DNA of 64,000 nucleotides, from assembly GCA_046160105.1 (NCBI GenBank), contig JBJXGT010000038.1:6837-70836 (forward strand), written 5' to 3'. This document shows positions 47,041 to 55,492 of the stretch, piece by piece. Every line of letters starts with the position of its first letter. Position 1 is the stretch's first letter. The notes below the pieces were generated by a model that made no database searches, had not been told where the DNA came from, and saw only the letters and a list, made by a program, of their open reading frames with translations. Source of the DNA: Gemmatimonadales bacterium (GTDB lineage Bacteria; Gemmatimonadota; Gemmatimonadetes; Gemmatimonadales; GWC2-71-9). A program made the translations under genes and the position numbers.

Positions 47041-47279
47041 GGCGGTTCTCCGGTGCTCGGTGGATAGGCCGGGGCGACCTGGACCAATCCCGGGTACCCC
47101 TAGTATCCGACAGGCCGGTTCACTCGGCAAGGCGCCCCCGGGCGCGACGGGTCCGCAGCCAAACCGTCGGTCGGCGCGGGCTTGCCGATCAGCGACGCGC
47201 CCAAGGAAGTCGACTAGTTTTGGGAAATGCTCTTGGCGATTTCCGCGTGCTGCGGCCGTCGCCGGCACCGTCACCTTGA

Positions 47280-47804
47280 ATGGAGTGGCGAGCCATGATC
47301 ACTCGACGCGACGTCGGTCGGGCCGCGCCGGCACTGATGCTGATGACCGGGGCGATGCTCACCTTCACGACCTGCACCTCGAGGGCGACACCGATGAATC
47401 AAGCCGCGCTGACCGACTTCGCCACCCGCTATGCCGCCGCGTGGAGCAGCCAGGATCCGGCCCGGCTCGCGTCCTTCTACGCCGAGAACGGCTCCCTCTC
47501 CGTCAATGGCGGGGCACCGTCCGTGGGGCGAGCGGCGATCACGGCGACGGCGGGGGGATTCATGACCGCCTTTCCTGACATGGTGGTGAAGCTGGATGGG
47601 ATCAGTCAGGAGGGGAACACTGCCGTCTTCCGGTGGATCTGGACCGGGACCAATACCGGTCCCGGAGGCACCGGAAAGTCCGTTCGGATCAAGGGCTACG
47701 AGGAGTGGACGATTGGCGACGACGGCCTCATCGCGGAGTCGAAGGGTCACTACGACGAGGCCGAGTACCAACGGCAGCTGCAGTCCGGTCCTCCCCCGGG
47801 ATGA
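47280..47804 (+). CDS. SnoaL-like (NTF2 fold) ester-cyclase-type protein
   Basis: YAAAWSSQDPARLASFYAENGSLSVNGG and a polyketide-cyclase-like layout. ATG 47280 or 47295. Confidence 0.65.
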   Translation: MEWRAMITRRDVGRAAPALMLMTGAMLTFTTCTSRATPMNQAALTDFATRYAAAWSSQDPARLASFYAENGSLSVNGGAPSVGRAAITATAGGFMTAFPDMVVKLDGISQEGNTAVFRWIWTGTNTGPGGTGKSVRIKGYEEWTIGDDGLIAESKGHYDEAEYQRQLQSGPPPG

Positions 47805-48613
47805 CGCCGCCGCGGGCCATCCTGCGGTCGGCCGCGGACCTCCGGGCGGCCGCGCGCGGTGGCGAATGGCGCGGCACGACGGGCGGGCACTGCCCCGCCT
47901 ACCAACAGGCGAACTTGGCCATCCTTCCCAAGGAAGCGGCCGCCGAGTTTGCCTCCTTTTGCAGCCGCAACCCCGCCCCGTGCCCGATCGTCGAGATCCT
48001 CCCGCCCGGCGATCCGGAGCCGATCCGCTCGGCCCCCGGGGCGGATCTTCGCACTGATTTGCCCGGTTACCGCGTCTACCGCGACGGGGTGTTGACCGAG
48101 CGCCGGGCCGAGATCCTGGAACTCTGGCGCGATGATCTCGTCGCGTTTCTGCTTGGCTGCAGCTTCACCTTCGAACACGCGCTGGTCGAGGCGGGCGTGC
48201 CGCTCCGACACGCCGAGCGGGGCACCACCGTTCCGATGTTCGTCTCTACCCTCGGGTGCGTTTCGGCCGGCCGTTTCCGCGGGCCGATGGTGGTGACCAT
48301 GCGCCCGATCGCCGCGGGGCAGGTCGACCGCGTTCGCGACCTGTCGGCGCGGTACCCGCACGCCCATGGCGCGCCGGTTCACCAGGGCGACCCTGCGGCG
48401 ATCGGGATCGCCGACCTGGCCCGGCCCGATTATGGCGAGCCGGTCCCGATCCACCCCGACGAGGTGCCGGTCTTCTGGGCCTGCGGGGTGACCCCGCAAG
48501 CCGTCGCGGTCGCGGCCCGGGTGGAGTTCATGATCACCCACGAGCCCGGACAGATGTTCGTGACGGACCTTCCCCGCGAGGGCGAACCGCGATTCCCGAA
48601 GGAGGCCCGATGA
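47801..48613 (+). CDS. DUF1445 / putative hydro-lyase (D-glutamate cyclase-like)
   Basis: ATGA overlap with the upstream gene. GHCPAYQQANLAILP, FLLGCSFTFE and VFWACGVTPQ are characteristic of UPF0317/DUF1445. Confidence 0.75.
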   Translation: MTPPRAILRSAADLRAAARGGEWRGTTGGHCPAYQQANLAILPKEAAAEFASFCSRNPAPCPIVEILPPGDPEPIRSAPGADLRTDLPGYRVYRDGVLTERRAEILELWRDDLVAFLLGCSFTFEHALVEAGVPLRHAERGTTVPMFVSTLGCVSAGRFRGPMVVTMRPIAAGQVDRVRDLSARYPHAHGAPVHQGDPAAIGIADLARPDYGEPVPIHPDEVPVFWACGVTPQAVAVAARVEFMITHEPGQMFVTDLPREGEPRFPKEAR

Positions 48614-48960
48614 TTATCCGGCTGATCCCGAAGATCTTCTTCGATCGGATGAGCGACGGCCTCGATCTGTTCGTGGACGGACTCGGGTTCACCGTGCGGC
48701 ACCACGCCGGTTCGCTCGCCGTGGTGGAGCGAGACGGGGCGAAGGCCTACCTGGTCGAGAGTCCGGCGGATGCGGCGAAGGATCGGCCCGAGATCGCGCT
48801 CGAAACCGACGCCATCGACGACGTCTATGCCGAAATCTCGGCGAAACGTCCCGACCTGCTCCATCCCAACTCGCGACAGGTGGCGGTGAAGCCGTGGGGT
48901 TCCCGAGAATTCGCGCTGCTCGACAAGACCGGCGTGTGCGTGGTCTTCCGGCAGTGGTAG
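48610..48960 (+). CDS. VOC (glyoxalase/bleomycin-resistance) family protein
   Basis: ATGA overlap with the upstream gene. 116 aa with a betaalphabetabetabeta-like pattern. PWGSREFALLDKTG is typical of the fold. Confidence 0.65.
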   Translation: MIIRLIPKIFFDRMSDGLDLFVDGLGFTVRHHAGSLAVVERDGAKAYLVESPADAAKDRPEIALETDAIDDVYAEISAKRPDLLHPNSRQVAVKPWGSREFALLDKTGVCVVFRQW

Positions 48961-49020
48961 CCGTCGATGGGATTCCCTCGGCCGGTGCGGATCGGCGAGT
49001 CTTGCTGGTCTACCCGCGGG

Positions 49021-49734
49021 TCAGGACGCCGCCCCGAGCGTGCGCGGTTGCTCGACCAACCCGGCGGCTCTGAGGCCCGCCTCGAGCACCCATTCCCAGC
49101 CGATCCTATTCCGGTACTCTCTCAAGGTGGCGCCGAGACACTCCTCGGTCCAGGCGCGCACGGTCCGCGGTTCCGTGCCGAGCGAGGCGGCAAAGCGCTC
49201 CACCGACAGGCCCAGATCGCGCGACTTGCCGTGGACCAACTTGAGGAGCCGAAGCCAGTCGTGCCGGCCAAATCGCCCGGACCGGCGGAGGCGATAGCGG
49301 ATCGTGCGCTCGGCGGAGAGCTGGTACGAGGGGAGTTGCGGCGCCCAGATTTGTTCGAGGGTCTGGCCCAGCGACGGCGACAGGGTCCGATTGGTCACGT
49401 AGGCCACCAACTGGGATACCGGAGCCTGTGGCCGCTTGGCGACGGCGGCGGCGATCGCGGCGGGGGTCGGGTCACCCTGACCGCGTCCGGCGATCAGGAA
49501 TCCCGGTTGCCCCGGCAATCCCCAGATGGCATGGAGCGTCTCCACCGACACGGCCCCGGCGGTCACCACCACGCACGAGGCGCACCACGGATAGGTCTCC
49601 AGGTACTCGTGGAGCTGCCCGAGCGCGTCGGCCGCCGCGGTCAGCCGGACCACGGCGATGCTGCCGAGGCTCGGCTCCGCGGTGGCGGCGGTTTCGACTT
49701 GGTAGGGAGGCTGCAACAGCGTCACGGCCAGCAC
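49021..49734 (-). CDS. hypothetical protein with C-terminal HTH-like segment
   Basis: GC3-rich frame. The C-terminal SVERFAASLGTEPRTVRAWTEE resembles a helix-turn-helix. No family recognised. Confidence 0.45.
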   Translation of the reverse strand: MLAVTLLQPPYQVETAATAEPSLGSIAVVRLTAAADALGQLHEYLETYPWCASCVVVTAGAVSVETLHAIWGLPGQPGFLIAGRGQGDPTPAAIAAAVAKRPQAPVSQLVAYVTNRTLSPSLGQTLEQIWAPQLPSYQLSAERTIRYRLRRSGRFGRHDWLRLLKLVHGKSRDLGLSVERFAASLGTEPRTVRAWTEECLGATLREYRNRIGWEWVLEAGLRAAGLVEQPRTLGAAS

Positions 49735-49841
49735 TTGGACATTTCACCGATTCGGGGAGCCTGAGTGTACCGGCCCCACCAAAACCGGCAAGAGGGCCAA
49801 ATGGACCTATCGGGTCACGACTTGGCCGCTACCGGGTCACC

Positions 49842-51509
49842 TCAGCGCGGCATCCTCCAGTTCCGAGCCTGGCTGAGCCAAGAAAAGGGGTCGATCGGGA
49901 GCGAGGCGACCCGGTCGGTCATCACCGCCACGCTGGTCGGCGTATAGAGGAACACCGCCGCGGCGTCCCGGTTGAGCCGATCGATGGCCGCGTGCCAGGC
50001 AGATCGGGCTCGATCGACGGTCGGAGCGGCCATCGCCACGGCGGCGAGCGAGTCGAAGGTCGGGTTTGCATAACGTCCCTGGTTCCGCTGCCCCCAGCCG
50101 CTTCGGCCCCAGGCCTCCGCCAGCCCTCGGGGGCTCGGCTCGTCGAGCCAGGCGCCGATCATCGCGTCGAACTTCCCTTGCTGGAGCCGCTCCTGAAAGA
50201 CCGGGAAGTCGACCGCCGTGACGGTCGCATCGATCCCGATCGTCCGCCACATCTCCTGGATCCCCTGGGCCAGTGCCCGGCGGACCCCGCTCGTGGCCGG
50301 CACGAGGATGTCGACCGTAAGGCGGCGGCCGCCTCGGGCCCGGACCTGCCCGGAGCCCCGGGTCCACCCTAACGAGTCGAGCAGCCGACTGGCGGCGGCC
50401 GTGTCCGCCCCGGCGACCGGCTGATCCCTCCACAGCCAGAGGGCCCGTGACATCGGACCCTCGGGCACCGCGGCCTCCGGCCCGAGCACCGCCTTGACCA
50501 CTGCCGCCCGATCGATCGCGGCGGCCAGCGCGCGGCGGAGTGCCGCGTCGCTCAGCACCGGGTGGGGCAGGCCGGCCTCGTCGTGATGACGAAACCCTAA
50601 GTAGCCGTACACGGCCGACGGATAGGGTCGGAGGATCAGACCGGAATCCTGCTGGGCCCGTTCCCGGGCGGCGGGGTTGGTCACCGTCTCGAGGAGGTCC
50701 GCCTCGCCGGACAGCGCCAGGTTCAAAGCGGCGTCCTGATCACCGGCGAAGCGCCAGACGATCTCCCGGAGATTGCCCTTCGGATCGCCGACCCGTTCGA
50801 TCCGCAGGAACCGGCCTCGCTGCCACTCCGTCACCTTGAACGGCCCCGACCCGACCAGCCGGGCCAGGCCGGTATCGGCCGCCCAGTCGGCCCGGGGGAT
50901 GGCGTTCCAGACGTGCTTGGGCAGGATCCGGACCTGGAAGGTCGCATCGAGGAGCTGCTCCGGATACGGCCGGGGGAACCGGACGGTGACCCGACCAGCG
51001 GCCCCGCTGGTCACGGTCACCTCCCCCAGCGCGCCAGCGGCCGGGGCGCCTAACGCCGGGTCCACGAAGGCGGCGAACGAGAACAGCACATCCTCGGCGG
51101 TGACCGGAGTGCCGTCGTGCCAGGCGGCACCCGCGCGGAGGGTGAATCGCCAGGTCAGCGAATCGACCCGCTCCCACCGGGTGGCAAGCCCCGGGAGGTA
51201 GGCGGCGGTGTCGCTCGGAATGCCGCCGGTCTTGAGGTCGGCGAGCCGCTCGAAGACGAAGTCGGTGATGTCGCGGCCAACGGCCTCCCTGATCAGGGGC
51301 GGGACCAGGGTCGTCGGCTCGCCGGTGGCGGCCACAACCATCAGATCGCAGCGATCGCACGGCTCTTCGGCCCGCGGGCAGCCGGCCAAAGTGAGTGTCG
51401 CGATCAGGATCGCCAGCCGCCCCCGGGCACGAGCCCGATGTAACGTTCCGTTACAGGCGGCCATGAACCGATGCGGCTGGGCGGAGAATGAGGCGGCGTG
51501 AAGATTCAT
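49842..51509 (-). CDS. ABC transporter substrate-binding protein, family 5 (peptide/nickel type), lipoprotein
   Basis: Lipobox in ILIATLTLAGC. SBP_bac_5 block TRWERVDSLTWRFTLRAGAAWHDGTPVTAEDV. The start could be ATG 51509 or 51464. Confidence 0.82.
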   Translation of the reverse strand: MNLHAASFSAQPHRFMAACNGTLHRARARGRLAILIATLTLAGCPRAEEPCDRCDLMVVAATGEPTTLVPPLIREAVGRDITDFVFERLADLKTGGIPSDTAAYLPGLATRWERVDSLTWRFTLRAGAAWHDGTPVTAEDVLFSFAAFVDPALGAPAAGALGEVTVTSGAAGRVTVRFPRPYPEQLLDATFQVRILPKHVWNAIPRADWAADTGLARLVGSGPFKVTEWQRGRFLRIERVGDPKGNLREIVWRFAGDQDAALNLALSGEADLLETVTNPAARERAQQDSGLILRPYPSAVYGYLGFRHHDEAGLPHPVLSDAALRRALAAAIDRAAVVKAVLGPEAAVPEGPMSRALWLWRDQPVAGADTAAASRLLDSLGWTRGSGQVRARGGRRLTVDILVPATSGVRRALAQGIQEMWRTIGIDATVTAVDFPVFQERLQQGKFDAMIGAWLDEPSPRGLAEAWGRSGWGQRNQGRYANPTFDSLAAVAMAAPTVDRARSAWHAAIDRLNRDAAAVFLYTPTSVAVMTDRVASLPIDPFSWLSQARNWRMPR

Positions 51510-51549
51510 AAGTTGTTATCCCGTAACGTTTTGCTCTAATGGCCACAGA

Positions 51550-51566
51550 GGGCATCCCGGTTGCAA
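51550..51566 (+). promoter_or_regulatory. candidate sigma-54 (-24/-12) promoter
   Basis: gGGCATcccggTTGCAa has correct GG-N10-GC spacing (GG 51551-52, GC 51563-64) against the consensus TGGCAC-N5-TTGCA. It lies about 60 nt upstream of ATG 51625. Confidence 0.55.
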
Positions 51567-51624
51567 CCGAAAGCTCGGCGCATGGTCGTGTAGTCGGCAA
51601 CCGGCTTCTCCAGGAGGTCCTCAA

Positions 51625-52422
51625 ATGATGGTCCGTAAGATTGCTCCGACGCTCCTCATTGTCACCGGCCTAGCGGCCTGTTCCGACGGATTCGGCCCCG
51701 GGGGCGACCCGATCCGGCGAGTTTCCTTCACCGTCTCGACGTCGGCACCGGGCGCGGCGCCCGGCTTCGCGGCCGCCGACTCGATCGTCAGAGGAGGGCA
51801 CACCCTGGTGCTGTCGAAGGTCGAGCTGGTGCTCCGGTCCATCAAGCTGCACCGAGTCGAACGGTCGACCGATTGTTCCGACGACGACGACGATTCGAAC
51901 TCCGGTTCGTCGAGCGCCTCCTCGGCGACGTCGAGCGACGACGACTACTGCGAGAAATTCGTCGCCGGGCCGATGCTGCTCGATCTGCCGTTGGGTGCTG
52001 ACGTCCGCCGATTGGTGACCGTAGAGGTCGACACCGGCACTTACCGCCGGCTCGAGTTCAAGATCCACAAGCCGGAGGACGACGGCGACGACGCCGAGGA
52101 TACCCAGTTCCTCCGGGACCATCCCGACCTCGACCGGATCAGCACTCGGGTGACGGGGACCTACGATGGGCGGACCTTCGTCTACATTTCGGACCTCAAC
52201 GCCAAGCAGCGGACCGACCTGGTCCCGCCGCTGGTGGTGGGGGCGCGGGCCAACACCGATCTCACCCTGGTGGTCGACGTTCGGAAGTGGTTCGTCGACC
52301 GGGCGGGCGCCTTGATCGATCCGCAGAGCGGTCTCAAGGGCCAGCGGAACGACGATTTGGTGCGCGACAATATCCGACGGTCGTTCCGGTTCTTCCAGGG
52401 TAACAACAACGACGACGATTGA
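51625..52422 (+). CDS. lipoprotein with acidic Ser/Asp tract (DUF4382-like)
   Basis: AGGAGG lies 7 nt upstream. Lipobox in IVTGLAAC. LLDLPLGADVRRLVTVEVDTGTYRRLEFKI resembles DUF4382. Confidence 0.6.
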   Translation: MMVRKIAPTLLIVTGLAACSDGFGPGGDPIRRVSFTVSTSAPGAAPGFAAADSIVRGGHTLVLSKVELVLRSIKLHRVERSTDCSDDDDDSNSGSSSASSATSSDDDYCEKFVAGPMLLDLPLGADVRRLVTVEVDTGTYRRLEFKIHKPEDDGDDAEDTQFLRDHPDLDRISTRVTGTYDGRTFVYISDLNAKQRTDLVPPLVVGARANTDLTLVVDVRKWFVDRAGALIDPQSGLKGQRNDDLVRDNIRRSFRFFQGNNNDDD

Positions 52423-52432
52423 ACGAGGGCTG

Positions 52433-53761
52433 ATGGCCAAGTCCGTACCCGAGGTGAGCGTGATCCAGCTGTCGGACAGTTTCGCCGACTCCGTCGACCA
52501 GATGGTGGTCGCCGCCGGGTTGACGCCGAAGCGGGTCGAGTCGTCGGACCGGCCGCCGGGCAACTCGGCGGCCGCTCTGCTGCTCGCCGGTGGCGCCGAG
52601 CCCGAGGCGATCGATTGGCTCAGCGCTCGCGGCCGCCCGGAGGGGCCGGTCTACGTGATCGGGGCGTCCTCCGATCACCGGGTGGCCTCGGCGATGGTGG
52701 CCCGAGGGGCGCGCGACTACCTCTGCCTTCCCGGCGACGTCGACCTCCTCCGCCGCACCCTGGAGCGAATCGGCCGGGAGGCCGTCGCCGCCACCGAGGC
52801 CGAGGGATTCGCCGCCGCCGAGCGGGAAGCCCTCGGCTTCGATGCCATCATCGGGCAGAGCGGATCGCTCGCCGCCGTGATCGCCAGTGCCCGCCGGGCG
52901 GCCCAGATCCGGGACGTCACCGTCCTGATCGGCGGCGAGACCGGCACCGGGAAAGAGCTCCTCGCGCGCGCCGTGCACTACCATTCACCGCGGTCCAAGG
53001 CGCCGTTCGTCGAAATCAACTGCGCCGCGATTCCGGCCAACCTGCTCGAGAGCGAGCTGTTCGGGCACGAGAAGGGCTCCTTCACCGGCGCGGTCGCCGC
53101 CAAGCCGGGCCTCCTCGAGATCGCCGACGGCGGCACCGTCTTCCTCGACGAGATCGGCAATCTCCCGATCGACCTCCAGCCCAAGCTGCTCCGCGCCCTC
53201 GAGTCGCGGGAAATTCGCCGGGTCGGCGGACAGCTGTCGAAGCGGATCGACGTCCGGGTCATCGGCGCCTCCCACGTCGACCTCGCCGCCGCGGTGGCGA
53301 ACGGCACCTTTCGGGAAGACCTCTACTATCGCCTGAACGTCGTTCAGCTGGTCCTCCCGCCGCTGCGCGACCGGGGCGACGACGTCGTCATCCTGGCCCT
53401 CGCCTTCCTCGAGCGGCTCGCCGGGCAACATCAGCTACCGGTGCCGGCGCTCACTGCCGAGGTCCAGGCCGCGCTCCGGGCGCATCCCTGGCCCGGGAAC
53501 ATCCGGGAGCTCCGCAACTCGATCGAGCGGGCCCTGGTGCTCTCGGCGCCGGGCACCCTCGAGCTCGACGGCCTGCTCCAGCCCCGGATGGCCCGTCCGG
53601 AGTCAGGTACGCTGCCCTTTCCGGCTCCGTTAGGCACGATCATCCGCGCCGCGATCCTCGAGACCCTCGCCCGGGTCGACGGCAACAAGAGTGAGGCCGC
53701 CCGCCGGCTCGGCATCTCGCGGCCCCGGCTCCAACGCATTCTCGATGGGGATACTGAGTAA
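52433..53761 (+). CDS. sigma-54-dependent Fis-family transcriptional activator
   Basis: Walker A GETGTGKE, sigma-54 contact loop GSFTGA, and C-terminal HTH GNKSEAARRLGISRPRLQRIL. Confidence 0.92.
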   Translation: MAKSVPEVSVIQLSDSFADSVDQMVVAAGLTPKRVESSDRPPGNSAAALLLAGGAEPEAIDWLSARGRPEGPVYVIGASSDHRVASAMVARGARDYLCLPGDVDLLRRTLERIGREAVAATEAEGFAAAEREALGFDAIIGQSGSLAAVIASARRAAQIRDVTVLIGGETGTGKELLARAVHYHSPRSKAPFVEINCAAIPANLLESELFGHEKGSFTGAVAAKPGLLEIADGGTVFLDEIGNLPIDLQPKLLRALESREIRRVGGQLSKRIDVRVIGASHVDLAAAVANGTFREDLYYRLNVVQLVLPPLRDRGDDVVILALAFLERLAGQHQLPVPALTAEVQAALRAHPWPGNIRELRNSIERALVLSAPGTLELDGLLQPRMARPESGTLPFPAPLGTIIRAAILETLARVDGNKSEAARRLGISRPRLQRILDGDTE

Positions 53762-54387
53762 TGAAACGTCCGATCTGGGCCCTTGCCTCGCTGCTGTCGG
53801 GGTCGGCCATCGCGCTGGGATGCTCCGACGCGATCGCTCCCGATCCGCCGGGCACCACCAAACCTCCCAGCGCCCTGAGGATTCTGCGGCTGCCGACCAA
53901 CGCGCTGCCCCTGTTCAACGACTCGGTGGCCTTCTATGCCAAGGTCGGTGAGGATGCCGAAGGGTTCATCTATTTCAGGAATCCGAGCGGCGGTCGGGGC
54001 GAGAAGTTCGCCCGTCTGAAACTCGACGAGGCGAGCCTGTTGTCCCGTCCCGATGGATCCTCGTTCGGGCCGAACGACTCGATCCTGATCGTCATGAAGG
54101 TGACCGACCCGGCCCTGCTGCAAGTCGAGATGTCGCCGGCCGGGCTGCGATTCCGGACCAGCGATCCGGCCGAGCTGCGGCTCGAGTACGAGGAGACCGA
54201 TGGCGATCTCGACGGCGACGGCGACGAGGACGACGAGGATGACGACGAGATCGAACAGTTGCTCTCGATCTGGCGTCAGGAGCGACCCGGTGATCCCTTC
54301 GTGAAGCTCGGGACGGTGAAGACCGAGGGGTTGCGCGAGCTCAAGGCGGACCTGCTCGGCTTCACCCGCTTCGCGGTGGCCTACTGA
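53761..54387 (+). CDS. lipoprotein with poly-acidic tract
   Basis: The ATG shares one base with the activator stop (TAATG). Lipobox in SAIALGC. Acidic tract DGDLDGDGDEDDEDDDE. Confidence 0.6.
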   Translation: MKRPIWALASLLSGSAIALGCSDAIAPDPPGTTKPPSALRILRLPTNALPLFNDSVAFYAKVGEDAEGFIYFRNPSGGRGEKFARLKLDEASLLSRPDGSSFGPNDSILIVMKVTDPALLQVEMSPAGLRFRTSDPAELRLEYEETDGDLDGDGDEDDEDDDEIEQLLSIWRQERPGDPFVKLGTVKTEGLRELKADLLGFTRFAVAY

Positions 54388-54399
54388 GGACCGACGACC

Positions 54400-55374
54400 G
54401 TGATCACTCCTGACGACCTCGATCCCGCCGCCGCCCTCCGGGCGCTGCTCGGGCGTGGCCGCTATCAGGAGGTTCTCGATCGACACGCCCAGTCCGAGGA
54501 GGCGTCCCGCGATCCGGCGGTCGCGCTCGCGGTGGCGACGGCCGCCACCAGGCTCGGCCGGTATCAGGACGGCCAGCTGCTCGCCGACCGGGCCCACGGC
54601 GCGTTTCGGAGCCGGGCCGACGACGATGGCCGGCTCCGGGCGCTCAACCTCCTGGGCGCCATTCGCTACGAGCGGGGCGAACTCGCCGCGGCCGCCAGCC
54701 ATTGGACCGAGGCGCTCGCCCTCGCCCGGGCGCTCGCCGATACCACCCTCGTCGCCCGCACCAGTAACAACCTCGGGATCACCCACTACATCGCCGGGCG
54801 GACCGAAGATGCCCGGGCCGCCTATCAAGAGGCCCTGCTGGCCTACCAACGGCTCGGCGATCGGCGGGGGCTTGCCGAGACCCTCCACAATCTCTCGATC
54901 ATCGCCCGCCGGGACGGCGCCCTGGAGCGCGCGGCCGACCTCAGCATCGAGGCCGTCCGTCACGCCGAGGCGGTGGACGATCCGGTGTTGCTGAGCCTGG
55001 TGGTCATCGGACGGGCCAAGGTCCACCTCGATGCCAACGATCTCGAGATGACCCGAGTCGAGGCCCAGCGAGCCGACGCGCTGGCGCGGGCCGGCGGCGA
55101 TGAGTTGGGCGAGGCGGAGGCGGCCTGGGTGATGGCGGAGCGATCGCTCAAGATGGGCGAGGCGGCGGCGGCCCGGGATGGAGCGCTGCGAGCGCGAGAG
55201 ATCGCCGAGCGACTCGAGAGCCGACTGCTCCAGGCCGAGAGCGCGGAGCTCGCCGGCGCCGCACTCCGGCGACTCGGGGACGCTACCGCCGCGGACGCCC
55301 TGCTGACCGAGGCTCGGGCGCTCTATCAACGGCTCGGCGCCGTCCCCTGGCTCGAACGGATACCCGAGGCCTGA
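54400..55374 (+). CDS. tetratricopeptide-repeat protein
   Basis: GTG 54400. Repeated A/L/R-rich 34-aa units with W/Y..AL..A patterns (HWTEALALARAL, AYQEALLAYQRLGD). Confidence 0.7.
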   Translation: MITPDDLDPAAALRALLGRGRYQEVLDRHAQSEEASRDPAVALAVATAATRLGRYQDGQLLADRAHGAFRSRADDDGRLRALNLLGAIRYERGELAAAASHWTEALALARALADTTLVARTSNNLGITHYIAGRTEDARAAYQEALLAYQRLGDRRGLAETLHNLSIIARRDGALERAADLSIEAVRHAEAVDDPVLLSLVVIGRAKVHLDANDLEMTRVEAQRADALARAGGDELGEAEAAWVMAERSLKMGEAAAARDGALRAREIAERLESRLLQAESAELAGAALRRLGDATAADALLTEARALYQRLGAVPWLERIPEA

Positions 55375-55492
55375 GCGACGGCCTCCGGGGCCGTTGAGCC
55401 CGCAACTTCCGGTTATCTCCCCCCGTAGACCTGGAAGGAGCGACCGCTCATGAGTCGCTCGCCGCAAACCGCTCCGAGAAACGGCAGGATGG

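Noticed and set aside
51540-51556. Alternative sigma-54-like match TGGCCACAGAGGGCAT
   Set aside because: The GG-to-GC spacing is one nucleotide too short for a -24/-12 promoter. The adjacent GGGCAT-N5-TTGCA has the correct spacing and was kept instead.
53431-55467. 678-aa minus-strand ORF
   Set aside because: It is antisense to the activator 3' end, the lipoprotein gene and the TPR gene, is Gly/Arg/Pro-rich, and has no motifs.
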